This document shows positions 39,951-51,800 of a DNA stretch of 64,000 nt, in pieces. The notes under the pieces were generated by a model that saw only the letters and a program-made list of their open reading frames with translations, did not search any database and was not told the origin of the DNA. Source of the DNA: Gemmatimonadota bacterium. Its GTDB lineage: Bacteria > JBHIER01 > G020348925. Position numbers and translations under genes: made by a program. Numbering within the stretch: the stretch's first letter is position 1; every line of letters starts with the position of its first letter. Where the stretch lies: NCBI GenBank assembly GCA_020348925.1, contig CP070758.1, positions 2,557,688-2,621,687 of the forward strand, in the 5' to 3' direction.

Positions 39951-42899
39951 ATGAAAACAAAAGCGTTCAGAGCGGGAATATGCCTTCTTTTGACCGTCAT
40001 GCTGTTCTGCTCTGACAGGCCGTGCTGCGCCAAGACCGAAGATCTCCTGATGATCTCGTTGTCGGCCCTCACAAGAGAGCAGATACAGTTCGTAGAAGGG
40101 GAGTGCGTGTCCTACGGTCATATAGACGATCAGACCATTGTGGCCCTGACGAAGGAAGAGGAATTGGCCGCGTATCAGAACGAGGGTCTGGCCTATGAGA
40201 TCCTGGGTGATTTCGCCGACGGCAGTCGGTTCTTTCTTGTCTCGTTTGTGTCTTTCGAGCAACGTGACAAGCTTGATGAAATAGGGCAGGTCGTGTTCAT
40301 CCAGGGGGATCGAGCGCTCTTGCGTGTGGAAGCCCATTGGGATCGCACACTGCCCAAATATGGAATCGAATTGGTCAAAGCGTTTTTTGTCCCGAAGCAG
40401 GCTGTTCATCAAAAGCGGTTGCCTGTGAGCCGTTCTCCCCTCCTCAGTGACATCGTTCACGAGGTGTCGCCTGTGAGAATTTATAATTTCATACTCGATC
40501 TACAAAACTTCCAAACGCGGTTTGCCTACGCTGAGGAGTGCAGTTTGGCGGCGAACTACCTTATCGAACAATTCGAGAGCTGGGGCCTTGAGGTGACGGA
40601 ACACTGGTTTTTCAATTCCGCTTGGATCAGTTATCAGGATCCCCAGCGGAACATCATCGCCACACTCCCTGGGACAACGTACCCGGATGAGATTGTCGCC
40701 ATATGCGCTCACTACGATTCCTATTCGGAGGAGGATCCGTGGAATTACGCTCCGGGGGCCGATGATAATGCCAGCGGTACGGCGGCCGTGCTTGAGACCG
40801 CGAGGATTTTGAGTCAATATGGTTCGGAACGGACCTTACAGTTTATTTGCTTTGGTGGCGAAGAGCAGTGGATGATAGGCTCATACGCGTACGTCGAGGA
40901 GCGAAGGGCTGCCGGAGACAATTTTGTGGCTGTCATCAACAATGATATGATCGCATATACCGGTGAGGGGAAATTCGAGGACATCGAGGTGGACTGCATA
41001 CCGGAGACCGAGTGGATGGCCGATGATGTTATGGCCCTGGCGTCGGATTTTGTGACGTACCCTATGACGAAGAACGTCGACTGGGGAAATGTCTCCGACC
41101 ACACACCTTTTTGGGAAAACGGGTATCCTGCTATCGAGCTGGCGGAGGATGAGGCCAATGAGGTCTGGGGCGGGACAAGTCCGTACTACCATACACCCGG
41201 AGATGTTATCGAGACATTGAATTTTGAATTTGCCACACAGATTGTGAAGATGAATGCTGCGGCCCTGGCTTCGTGGGCAGATGTGAGTGTGACCGGATCT
41301 GCTGTAGCCTGTGGGGAACATATGATAGATGATGACGATCTCGGTGAGAGTCAGGGAAACGGGAATGGATACGTAGATCCCGGAGAGACGATTGAACTTG
41401 TAGTCTTCCTGAATAATATAGGTGTTAGTAATGTTTCAGGAGTGAGTGGTACGCTACAGACTGACGATGAGTACGTCACTCTCATCAGAAGTACAGTTGC
41501 ATTCGGCGACATAGGTGCCGGCGGCTCAATCCCGGGACAGGATCCCTTCACCTTCACCGTCTCACAGAATTGCCCCAATGGTCACCAGATACTCTTTTCA
41601 CTCACTATTGAGGATGATCAGGCGAGAGTGTGGGAGGGCGGGCTCGTCGTGGAAGTCCTTCAACCGATATTCGTGTTCCACTCTCATTCCTTTGAGGAGG
41701 TTGGAGGAAATGGAGACAGCGTCCTCGATCCCGGTGAGACAGCAAACCTCTACGTTTTTTTGGAAAACATCGGTTTCCGGGGTGCTTCGGGAATCACGGC
41801 TCATCTCGAAACGGATGATCCTGACGTATCGATTGCCGACGGAGAAGCTGTTTTCCCTGATATTGCGGTCGGTGAGCATTCCGGGAACACGGCCGCTCCA
41901 TTCACGTTCTCGGTGCAGGAAACAGCGTCCCTCCATACGATTCTCTTCACCGTGCATGTCTCTGAAGGGATGGGCTGTTCCCACGCTGATGTGACCGTTC
42001 GGTTGCTTATTGGACAAGGGACTGTCCTCCTCATACCGGACGACGGCGGGATCGGGAACGAAAATTACTACATTGACGCATTCCGATATTTGGGCGTTCC
42101 ATATGAGATTGGCGACGTTCAGGGCGTGCCCAAACCTGTTTCCGATGGGCTTCTCGATTATTCGGAGGTCATATGGTTCACAGGGGCGGGAGAGAGGAAC
42201 ACACTGATGCCGGAGGATCAGAGCAGCCTGGAGAGTTTTCTCAATGAGGGTGGGAAACTGCTTTTATCCGGGAGCATGATCGGTTACGATGTGGGCAACA
42301 CTTCTTTTTACAGAAGCTATTTACATGGGCACTATGTTTCCTTTATGACGATGCTCCACCATCTCAATGGGGCTCCGTCGAACCCGGTGGTCGGTGAGAT
42401 GGATATAGCACTTTCATCAACTGGGAATAACGCTCAGTCGTTTGCTGGGGAGATCGATGCGATCCCCCCGGCCGTATCAATCTTTGAATATGATCGTGCC
42501 ACGGAAGAGGGGTCGGGTGTTATCAGATCGAGCGGGAGCGGTGCACTCGCTGTGGAAACGTCGGTCTACAAGGTGGCCTATTTCTCATTCGGTATCGAGG
42601 GTATCGAACCTGTGGAGGATCGTGCCCAGGTCTTGGCGGATGTCCTGCTCTGGTTCAAGGCACCTGGAATTGACAAGGGTGATGTGGACGGAAATGGGAC
42701 CATCGATATTATTGATGCTGTTGTAGGGGTGAATATTGTTATCGGTCTTCATCAGCCGAGTGAGGAAGAGATCGCCCGGGCCGACATGAATTATGACGGG
42801 GAAGTCAATATTGTTGATGTGGTTAAAATCGTGAATGCTGTCCTGGGGAGTAGTGGCAAGGCGATGGGTGTCCGCGTTACGAAGAATGAGATTCGATAG
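39951..42899 (+). CDS. Secreted M28 peptidase-dockerin (copy 8; subfamily B)
   Basis: CAHYDS, GADDNASG, GGEEQW, NNDMI, SDH; catalytic region close to 23999-26944; dockerin. Confidence 0.92.
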   Translation: MKTKAFRAGICLLLTVMLFCSDRPCCAKTEDLLMISLSALTREQIQFVEGECVSYGHIDDQTIVALTKEEELAAYQNEGLAYEILGDFADGSRFFLVSFVSFEQRDKLDEIGQVVFIQGDRALLRVEAHWDRTLPKYGIELVKAFFVPKQAVHQKRLPVSRSPLLSDIVHEVSPVRIYNFILDLQNFQTRFAYAEECSLAANYLIEQFESWGLEVTEHWFFNSAWISYQDPQRNIIATLPGTTYPDEIVAICAHYDSYSEEDPWNYAPGADDNASGTAAVLETARILSQYGSERTLQFICFGGEEQWMIGSYAYVEERRAAGDNFVAVINNDMIAYTGEGKFEDIEVDCIPETEWMADDVMALASDFVTYPMTKNVDWGNVSDHTPFWENGYPAIELAEDEANEVWGGTSPYYHTPGDVIETLNFEFATQIVKMNAAALASWADVSVTGSAVACGEHMIDDDDLGESQGNGNGYVDPGETIELVVFLNNIGVSNVSGVSGTLQTDDEYVTLIRSTVAFGDIGAGGSIPGQDPFTFTVSQNCPNGHQILFSLTIEDDQARVWEGGLVVEVLQPIFVFHSHSFEEVGGNGDSVLDPGETANLYVFLENIGFRGASGITAHLETDDPDVSIADGEAVFPDIAVGEHSGNTAAPFTFSVQETASLHTILFTVHVSEGMGCSHADVTVRLLIGQGTVLLIPDDGGIGNENYYIDAFRYLGVPYEIGDVQGVPKPVSDGLLDYSEVIWFTGAGERNTLMPEDQSSLESFLNEGGKLLLSGSMIGYDVGNTSFYRSYLHGHYVSFMTMLHHLNGAPSNPVVGEMDIALSSTGNNAQSFAGEIDAIPPAVSIFEYDRATEEGSGVIRSSGSGALAVETSVYKVAYFSFGIEGIEPVEDRAQVLADVLLWFKAPGIDKGDVDGNGTIDIIDAVVGVNIVIGLHQPSEEEIARADMNYDGEVNIVDVVKIVNAVLGSSGKAMGVRVTKNEIR

Positions 42900-43061
42900 A
42901 GTGGTATCGCACTGAGAATGTGTTTAAAGTGAAAATATTGAATTCCGAATGAATCATGTGAGCGGCGACCCCTGACGTGCATTGTTTCGCCATTCTTTTG
43001 TTACATAATGAGATACCGTCATCGAAGAGATTGCGTCGGACGGCTTGAAAGGAGAAAACCC

Positions 43062-46013
43062 ATGAGCCGGAAAAATTTTTTTCTCGCGTTGATCGTTCTT
43101 TCTGCGATCTGTCTTGGGTCAGGCTTCCTGTGGGCTTGGGACGATTCGAAGGATGTGCCTCTTACCGAACGATCCAGGGAAGAGCTATCCCGGTATTTTC
43201 ACGAATACCGTGATGATTTTCACGCAATGAAGACTGAGGAATTGAGCCGGAAGTATTATGAGGCATATAAAACCTTCGCCGATTCAGCCCATGCCTACGA
43301 TGTGCTTCACTATGAGCTCGATATTGTCTTTGACATCCCTGACCCTTCTCTCTCAGGTGTCGTCATTGTACGGTGTCGAAGTAATGAATCCGGTCTTTCA
43401 AATATCAGTCTGCACTTCGTTGCTCTCACTGTGGATGGAGTCCGGAGAGATGGAATGTCAGTGGGGTACGACCATGTGAATGGGGAACTCTATATCGATT
43501 TGAACGGAACCTTTGATGCCGGCGAGGAATTTGAAGTTGCAGTGACCTATCTCGGGACGCCGGCGGCCGGGTACTGGCACGGGAATGATTTTTTCTTCAC
43601 GTCTGTGGAACCGAGCCTGTCCAGGTATTGGTGGCCGTGTTTTGACGAGCCCTGGGATAAGGCCACCGCCGATATCTCTGCGACTGTGCCGGCCGGATAT
43701 ATCGTCGCGTCCAACGGTGTGTTAATCGAGACAATCGAAAATACCGTTGACAATACCATCACCTACTCATGGTCTGAATCCTATCCCATCGCGACCTATC
43801 TCGTCTCCGTAGCTATTGCACGGTATGTGACCTTCAGCGACACCTACTATCCTGTGACCGGCGGCGATCCCATGGAGGTTATTTTCTATACGCCTTCATA
43901 TCTGTTCAGTGCCTCCCAATACGATTTTGGTCGAACGGTGGAGATGATTGAGTGCTTTGTGCCCTTGTTCGGTGAGTACCCTTTCTTGGATGAGAAGTAC
44001 GGCACGGCTGTGGCCCCTATGAGTGGGGCTATGGAACACCAGACCTGTACGACATGGATGAACGGCTGGGTGACCGGAGATAGGGAGCGTGAGTGGACTG
44101 TCGCCCACGAGCTGGCCCATCAATGGTGGGGGGATATGGTGACCCTGTTGGATTGGCGCCACATGTGGCTTAACGAAGGCTTTGCTGTCTATTCGGAAGC
44201 CCTGTGGGCGGAATATCTATATGGGGAAGAGGGTCTTCGGATATATACCGAGCTGGCGATTCAAGAGTACTTTCAAAACTGGGAGGACAGTTCCCCTGCC
44301 AACCGACATCCCATTTATGATCCTCCTCCGGGAGCGCTCTTTTCTCCGGCCCAGTATGAAAAGGGCGGAAGCGTTCTTCACATGCTCAGGTTTGTGGTGG
44401 GCACCGATCTCTTTTTTGAGAGTATCCGGACATACGGCCAGCGCTATATGTACGGCAACGCCACGACGGATGATCTGAAGGCGGTGTTCGAAGAGGTGAC
44501 TGGAGAAGAACTCGATTGGTTCTTTGAGCAGTGGATTTACTCGCCGGGCTATCCCGAATATCAGTTTATGTGGGAAACGGAGGATATTGGCGGCGGAATG
44601 CATGAGGTGACAGTTCACGTGAACCAGATTCAGACGAACGCCCCCGTCTTCACCATGCCGGTGGAGTTCAATGTCTTCACGAGGAACGGCGAGGTGATCG
44701 ACACGGTCGTCATCGATCAGGCTTTTCAATCGTTCCAGATCACAGTAGACGCCGCACCGGATAGCGTCTTTCTCGATCGGTTCGGCTGGATATTAAAAGA
44801 CGTCACAACCATCACATCACCACTCCTTTCCTATACCGAGTATTCCGTAGATGATGAGGCCGGCAACAGTGATGGTCGTCCGGACCCGGGAGAGACCGTT
44901 CATCTTACGGTCAGTCTGCGCAACACCGGTGTCGATGCCACAGGTGTGGTGGTTACCCTGGTGACTCAGGATCCCGATATTATGATCACGGACAATGTCT
45001 CTGAGTACGGAAGTATAGCATACGGGGAGATTGGTACGAATGCGGACGACCCTTTCGTTTTCCAGGTTGAGAGCGAATGCTTGAGCAAAATGGCCCTTTT
45101 TATCGTGACCGTCAGCAGTGATAACGGATACACAGCTTCGGATTCAATCTATCTCTCCGTTGGACCCGCCACTATTCTTATTGTTGATGATGATTTCGGG
45201 GAGATGTATGAAGAGTACTATACGAAAGGATTTGCCACCATTTATCCAATTGATGTGTGGGATGTGGCCCTTGAGGGCGTGCCTGTAAATACCCTTCCTG
45301 ATTATGAAGCCGTCGTCTGGTTTACCGGTGATGATCGAACATCGACGCTCACGTCCGAGGAACAGGCCGTTCTCAAGGAGTATCTTGATGGCGGCGGCAA
45401 CCTGCTGGTAACCGGGCAGAACATCGGATACGATCTCGTAGGAGAAGGATCGATCGAGGACGCTGTGTTTTATCACGACTACCTCCACGCCGAGTATGTG
45501 AGTGATACTGCACCCGGAGATATTGTGACCGGGGTGGACGGGGATCCGATCTCCGGGGACATCGTCTTTTTGAGCTTGGGCGCTGGAGGTGCAGGCAACC
45601 AGAATTCACCCAGCGTCATCGAGCCGTTTCCTGGGGCAACACCTGTTTTTACGTATCAGGGTTATGGCGAGGCAGCGGCTGTCCGATACAGCGGTGAGCA
45701 TAAGGTCGTATACTTTGCCTTTGGCTACGAGGGCGTTGGTGCTTTCGGTGCCGATCACGCCAAAGTGCGGACTTCTCTTATGGATCATGTCGTCCGGTGG
45801 TTTCGGCACGAACCACAGAAGGGGGATGTCAATGAGGATGGTACCGTCAATATCCTCGATGTGGTCGTTGCTGTCAACATTATCCTGGGATTGGTGGAAC
45901 CGACCGAGGGACAATATTGGGCGGCGGATTATACCGAAAACGGTGAGGTTGATATTCTGGATGTCGTGAATATTGTGAACGCAATTCTCGGATCACCGAC
46001 ATCTGTGAAATGA
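43062..46013 (+). CDS. Secreted M1 family aminopeptidase + chassis + dockerin
   Basis: WWPCFDEP.DKAT, GAMEHQ, HELAHQWWGD...WLNEGFA.Y, YEKG..VLHMLR; dockerin GDVNEDGTVNILDVV. Confidence 0.93.
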   Translation: MSRKNFFLALIVLSAICLGSGFLWAWDDSKDVPLTERSREELSRYFHEYRDDFHAMKTEELSRKYYEAYKTFADSAHAYDVLHYELDIVFDIPDPSLSGVVIVRCRSNESGLSNISLHFVALTVDGVRRDGMSVGYDHVNGELYIDLNGTFDAGEEFEVAVTYLGTPAAGYWHGNDFFFTSVEPSLSRYWWPCFDEPWDKATADISATVPAGYIVASNGVLIETIENTVDNTITYSWSESYPIATYLVSVAIARYVTFSDTYYPVTGGDPMEVIFYTPSYLFSASQYDFGRTVEMIECFVPLFGEYPFLDEKYGTAVAPMSGAMEHQTCTTWMNGWVTGDREREWTVAHELAHQWWGDMVTLLDWRHMWLNEGFAVYSEALWAEYLYGEEGLRIYTELAIQEYFQNWEDSSPANRHPIYDPPPGALFSPAQYEKGGSVLHMLRFVVGTDLFFESIRTYGQRYMYGNATTDDLKAVFEEVTGEELDWFFEQWIYSPGYPEYQFMWETEDIGGGMHEVTVHVNQIQTNAPVFTMPVEFNVFTRNGEVIDTVVIDQAFQSFQITVDAAPDSVFLDRFGWILKDVTTITSPLLSYTEYSVDDEAGNSDGRPDPGETVHLTVSLRNTGVDATGVVVTLVTQDPDIMITDNVSEYGSIAYGEIGTNADDPFVFQVESECLSKMALFIVTVSSDNGYTASDSIYLSVGPATILIVDDDFGEMYEEYYTKGFATIYPIDVWDVALEGVPVNTLPDYEAVVWFTGDDRTSTLTSEEQAVLKEYLDGGGNLLVTGQNIGYDLVGEGSIEDAVFYHDYLHAEYVSDTAPGDIVTGVDGDPISGDIVFLSLGAGGAGNQNSPSVIEPFPGATPVFTYQGYGEAAAVRYSGEHKVVYFAFGYEGVGAFGADHAKVRTSLMDHVVRWFRHEPQKGDVNEDGTVNILDVVVAVNIILGLVEPTEGQYWAADYTENGEVDILDVVNIVNAILGSPTSVK

Positions 46014-46043
46014 AATTGACACTCTTTGAAAAGGGGGGACGTT

Positions 46044-48464
46044 GTGCACCGTGTTATTACTGTTCTTGTACTTATGCTTTTTGCAACCGCTACTCTCACC
46101 CATTCGGAGGTTAAGAAACTTGTACGGGTTGACTTGAGCAATCAATCGGAAGCAAAAATCCTCGATTTCATGCGTCTTCATCCTGATGTAACCTTCTACG
46201 GACGGGAGGGACGACTGGTGGACGTGGTGGCACCGCTTTCCCACCTTGAAGCGTATCGCAACCTTGGATTTCCCATTGAAGTTCAGATTGAGGATGTCGA
46301 TGAATATACGCAGGCATTGAAGCAACAGGGATACTTCGATCATTTTCACGATTACGATAGGGCCTTGGCTGAAATGCAGGCTGTTGAAGCCGCCCATCCT
46401 GAGATTGCACAACTCTATGATATTGGGGATGGCTGGGAGAAAACCCAGGGTCTGGCCGATCGGGACATCTGGGCGATCAAGATTTCCGATAATGTAACCA
46501 CGGAGGAAGCTGATGAGCCGGAGGTGCTGTATATGGCCTGTCACCATGCCCGGGAGATCATTACCCCGGAAATTGTCCTCTATTTTATGAACTACCTCGT
46601 GGATAACTACGGCAGTGATCCTGAGGTGACGGATATTGTGAACAATCGTCAACTCTGGCTCATACCCCTCGTAAACCCTGACGGTCATGCGGTCGTGTTT
46701 ACGGGGACTGACTGGCGCAAGAATAAGCGGGATAATAATGGAAACGGCCAATTCGATCTCAGCACCGATGGTGTTGATCTCAACAGGAATTACGGCTTCG
46801 CTTGGGGGTATGATAATATCGGCTCCAGTCCTGATCCTGCGAACTGGTTGTATCGAGGTCCATCACCCTTTTCAGAGCCGGAGACACAGGTCATTCGGGA
46901 TTTTGTCGAAGCCCACAGCTTTGTTATTTCACTTTCCTATCATTCGTACAGCAACTTGTGGCTGTACCCGTGGGCGTATCGGGCTCAAAACACGCCGGAT
47001 CATGAGATATTCGTCGAGATAGCAGATAGTTGTGTCGCTTACAACGGATATGAACCGGGGAACACCTTATCGGGTACGATTTACGTCGTTAATGGTGAAA
47101 CTGATGATTGGATGTACGGTGAGCAGACGACGAAATGCAAGACATACGCGTTCACTCCCGAGGTGGGTGGCCCTGCGGACGGTTTCTACCCGGACACATC
47201 GCGGAGAATACCCCTTATCCTCGAAAACCTGGGGCCGAATCTGTATGTGGCCCGGGCAGCCGAAAAATACACGCAACCGGCCATTTCCTATCTTGGTTTC
47301 AGCTTGGAGGAGGTCTCCGGTAACGGGGACGGTATCCTCGATCCTGGAGAGATGGTGAATCTCTTCATCCGAATCGAAAACAAGGGGTTGGGAGGTGTCT
47401 CGGAGATATCGGTTGTTCTTGAGACAGCCGATACTGATGTAACGATCAGCCACAGTGAAGTCACGTATCCAGGTATGGGGTGCAGTGCTCTCGCCGAAAA
47501 CTCGGAGGACCCCTTCACCATTTCGGTGAGCGATGAAGCACAGCCGCATGGTATCGTCTTCTCACTGCATCTCTCAGAGATTGAGGGAACGTATCAGGAG
47601 GATGTGACGTTTCAGTTGCTCATCGGCCAGGGAACGGTATTACTGGTTGCTGACGATGGTGGGCTTGATAACGAAAATTACTACATTGATGCTTTTCAAC
47701 ACCTGGGGATTCCCTACGAGATCCTGGACGTTCATGGAATGAGCAAGCCTCCCTCCAACGTTTTATTCGACTACTCAGAGGTGATCTGGTTCACAGGATC
47801 TTCGGAGCAGAACACGCTGACGCCGGAGGATCAGAGTGATCTTGCGGCGTATCTCAATAATGGCGGACGGTTGCTTCTGTCCGGAAGTATGATCGGTTAT
47901 GAGATCGGAACCACACCTTTTTACAGGAATTACCTCCACGCCAGGTTTGTTTCCTTTTTGACACTGCTTCATCATCTCAACGGAACGCCAACGAATCCCA
48001 TCGGCGGTGGGATGAATATTGCATTGGCTTCAGGTGGAAGCAATGGACAGGGATTTGCCGGAGAGACCGATCCCATCAGCCCGGCTGTTTCCGTATTCAA
48101 TTATGACCGGAGCACCGAGGAGGGACCTGGAATCGTCTCTTCAAGTGGCAGCGGGGTCTTGGCTGTTGAAACGGCAGAGTACAAGGTGGTGTACGCGTCC
48201 TTCGGTTTGGAGGGGATCGAGCCTTTGGAGGACCGAGTGCAGGTGTTGGCGGATGTGTTAGCGTGGTTCAAGAAACCCGGCGTGGATAAGGGTGATGTGG
48301 ACGGCAACGGCACGACGGACATCATCGACGCTGTGATGGCGGTCAATATTGTGTTGGGATTGCATCAGCCGGAAGAGGATGAGATTGCCCGGGCGGACAT
48401 GAACTACGACGGAGCGATTGACATCATCGATGTGGTCAATGTCGTCAACGCTGTTCTTGGATGA
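46044..48464 (+). CDS. Secreted M14 zinc carboxypeptidase (carboxypeptidase T-like) + chassis + dockerin
   Basis: HHARE, NPDG, WRKN, GVDLNRNY, FSEPET, YHSY, FTPEVG; dockerin nearly identical to those of the M28 copies. GTG start inferred. Confidence 0.92.
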   Translation: MHRVITVLVLMLFATATLTHSEVKKLVRVDLSNQSEAKILDFMRLHPDVTFYGREGRLVDVVAPLSHLEAYRNLGFPIEVQIEDVDEYTQALKQQGYFDHFHDYDRALAEMQAVEAAHPEIAQLYDIGDGWEKTQGLADRDIWAIKISDNVTTEEADEPEVLYMACHHAREIITPEIVLYFMNYLVDNYGSDPEVTDIVNNRQLWLIPLVNPDGHAVVFTGTDWRKNKRDNNGNGQFDLSTDGVDLNRNYGFAWGYDNIGSSPDPANWLYRGPSPFSEPETQVIRDFVEAHSFVISLSYHSYSNLWLYPWAYRAQNTPDHEIFVEIADSCVAYNGYEPGNTLSGTIYVVNGETDDWMYGEQTTKCKTYAFTPEVGGPADGFYPDTSRRIPLILENLGPNLYVARAAEKYTQPAISYLGFSLEEVSGNGDGILDPGEMVNLFIRIENKGLGGVSEISVVLETADTDVTISHSEVTYPGMGCSALAENSEDPFTISVSDEAQPHGIVFSLHLSEIEGTYQEDVTFQLLIGQGTVLLVADDGGLDNENYYIDAFQHLGIPYEILDVHGMSKPPSNVLFDYSEVIWFTGSSEQNTLTPEDQSDLAAYLNNGGRLLLSGSMIGYEIGTTPFYRNYLHARFVSFLTLLHHLNGTPTNPIGGGMNIALASGGSNGQGFAGETDPISPAVSVFNYDRSTEEGPGIVSSSGSGVLAVETAEYKVVYASFGLEGIEPLEDRVQVLADVLAWFKKPGVDKGDVDGNGTTDIIDAVMAVNIVLGLHQPEEDEIARADMNYDGAIDIIDVVNVVNAVLG

Positions 48465-48882
48465 CGTGCCCAGCTCAAGAAAGAAATCTTGCGTTCGGTA
48501 GATTCGAAATTCACAACAAGATTGAAATATCCTGAATGGAGAATTAAGCCGATAGCGTTCAGACATTCTCATGGGAGATGGGATGTTGGATGTGGGGATT
48601 CCGTTTCTAGCTCTACCGCTCAAAGTCTATAGAGTTGTATTCAGGCAGACGTGGATTCTGTTCAACGGTTGATCATGAGATGCTGGAAGAGTAACATTTC
48701 GATGGTCATACTCTGCATGGAGCTTTTACATATTGAAACTTCTGATGCACAAGTGTGACTAATGAGGCAGTTACTCTGCAATGGAGGCAGAACGGATCCG
48801 CAAAGATACTGTTGTGATCCAGCCGGAGTATGTTCTGATCCTCATTCTCGGATTTAAATCCCATTCACGCAGGAGGTGACCT

Positions 48883-51800
48883 ATGGTGCACCGTTATTAC
48901 GGAAGAACCTTCGTTCTTTCGGTTCTTGTTGTGTGTCTGCTCTTGGCGCATGGCAGGAGCATCTCGGGGGAGATAACGACCTCGATCTCTTTTTCACCGT
49001 CGGATCTCTCAGTGACTGAGAATGGTGAGTACGATGTGCTCTCTATGACCGATTGTGATATTTCGAGGGAGGTGGGGGAACCGCAGATCCCGGTAACACT
49101 CCTTCACGTAGTCTTGCCTGCGGGGGCAGACGTTAACCGCGTCGAGGTGCTCTCAACGCAAAGTGAGGCGCTTGAAGGGATCTTTCGCCTGTACCCTGTT
49201 CAGCCGCCTCAGCCGTACGGTGCGCCCGGGAAACCGACGATCGAAATCGAGTTTTTCCGGCCCAAAGCAGATGTCTATGGATCCACCGAATTGTATCCAA
49301 CGGAGATTGTGGAGGCGGGGAAAGCCGGCTCCAGGGCCGGTTATCGATTGGCCGGGCTGCTCGTCTATCCGATTCAGTACATTCCGGCCGAGGGAAAGCT
49401 TCTCTTTCACAGGCGCATCGACGTCCGGATTCATTATTCCTCGAATCAGGTTGAACGGAGATCCTTCAAGAAACCTGCGGCTCGATCCCATGCTGTTCTG
49501 CGGCGGTCCGTCGAACGGGCCGTGCTCAACCCTGAGGATGTGTCTGATCGCTCCGGTTTGAGGGGTGATGTTTTTTCCGCCGTTCCACCCGGTTCTTACG
49601 AATATGTGATCGTTACTGATGAGGACTACGCCGCAGATTTTCAACCGTTGGCCGATTGGAAGACGAAGAAAGGGGTACCGGCGAATACTGTGACGACAGA
49701 CTGGATCTACGCAACCTACCCGGGTGTTGATCATCAGGAACAGATTCGCAATTTCATTCGCGATGCCTATGAGAATTGGGGCACACTCTGGGTTCTCTTA
49801 GGGGGTGACTGCAGTGACTTGACTTATGGCCCGAGCCCGCCGCAGGCGCACGTGGTTCCGGCGAGAATAGTCTGGGCCATGGATTGCGAATTTGACCCCG
49901 AGAATCATCCCGATGAGAACGACATCCGGGCGGACTTGTATTACTCGGATCTTGACGGGACGTGGGACGATAACGGCAACGGCATCTATGGTGAAGTGGC
50001 GGACAACGTCGATCTCTACCCAGACGTTTATGTCGGCCGTGCTTCGGTCAATACGACGGAAGAAGTGAACACCTTTGTGAACAAAATTCTGACCTACGAG
50101 AAACCCACAGTCACGGACCGGTTCAAGAAGCTCCTTTTCCTGGGAGAGATCATGTGGACCGATCCCTACACCGATGGCGGTGAGGGGAAGAATATGATCG
50201 ACGACGAGTGCATTCCGCCCAGATTCGATCCCATCACGAAACTCTACCAGTCGGAGGGGAACGAAAATACCGAGTCCGTCATGGCCGCTGTGAATGAGGG
50301 GCATCACTTCATCAATCACGACGGCCATTGTATGTGGTATATTATGGGTATGGGCAACGGATCCTTTTATGCTCAGCATATGGATGCCTTAACGAACGAC
50401 CCGGCATACTCCATCATTTACTCCATCGGGTGCTGGCCGGCGGCCTTCGACTACGACTGCGTGGCCGAGCACTTTATCACCAATCCTCACGGTGGTGGTG
50501 TGGCCTTTGTCGGGAACTCTCGGTATGGTTGGGGATCGCCCGGCAATCCCGGTTACGGCTATTCGGATCGGATCGATCACCGGTTCCTCTATAACATCTA
50601 CATGGACGATATCTACCATATTGGCGAGGCCATCGATCTGGCCAAGGCGTATTATGTTCCCTACTCTCAAATGGCCAACGTCTACCGCATTCATCAGTAT
50701 CAGGTCAATCTTCTGGGAGATCCGGAGATGCCCATCTGGACCGATGATCCCGCGGAGTTGACAGTCATCCATCCGTCCAGTGTCGTCGTCGGGTCGAACC
50801 GGGTTATCGTGACCGTCACCGACGGGACCGAGCCTGTCGGTGATGCCCTGGTATGCCTGCACAAAGGAAGCGATGTCTATACGTTTGGAAGAACCGATGC
50901 TCAGGGACAGGTTTCCCTCGATATCACGCCTTCTTCAAACGGAACAATGGATATCACCGTCACCGGACACAATGTGCTGCCGTTTGAGGGAACGATCACC
51001 GTCACTGGTTCCGGTGCCCAATTGAGCCATGTCGGTTGCGATCTTTCCGATGACGGTGGAAACGGCGACGGCCTCATGAATCCGGGCGAGACCGTCTCCC
51101 TCGGTGTAGCTTTCGCAAATCAAGGAAATGAAACAGCCTATGGCGTCACTGTGACAATGTCTTCGGATGACGATCTCGTCACCGTTCTTGATGGGGATAA
51201 AACATGCGGTGATGTGGCATCTGGAGAGGAGATTCCTGCACACCTTGACGATTTTTCATTCATGATTTCGTCCGAGGCGACCAACGGTCATGTCCTGTAT
51301 GTGACCTTTACCCTAACCGATCAATCGAGCAACGTCTGGACGAGTACCCTGGGTCTGCCGGTCTGTACGCCGGTGCTCAGCTATGTTGCCCATGAGATTG
51401 ACGACGCCGGGGGAAACGGGAACGGCTTCGCCGAGCCGGGGGAGACGGTTGATATGGTGGTCACTTTTTCCAACACGGGTTTGGGCAACGCCGTGGGTGT
51501 CACGGCAACCATTGCGACCAGCACTCCGCACGTCACTATTGCTGGAAATCCGCTCAATGTGGGGAACATTGGGCCTGACGAAGAAAATCAAGGGACCTTC
51601 TCCGTCACCATTGATCACAGCTGTCCGGCCATATATTTCCCGATCCTGACCTTTACACTGTCGACACAGGATGGCTATACTTTTGAAAGCGGTTGCCTCG
51701 TGTCCATCGGGCCCATGGGGTTCGGCGACAACATGGAGAGTGGCCAGGGCGAGTGGACTAACGAGGGAGAAGGGAATATGTGGCATCTCAGTGATTATCG

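Noticed and set aside
16535-48464. Diversity-generating retroelement or invertase-driven shuffling of the paralogs
   Set aside because: No reverse transcriptase or recombinase, no adenine-specific TR/VR pair, and all copies are co-oriented.
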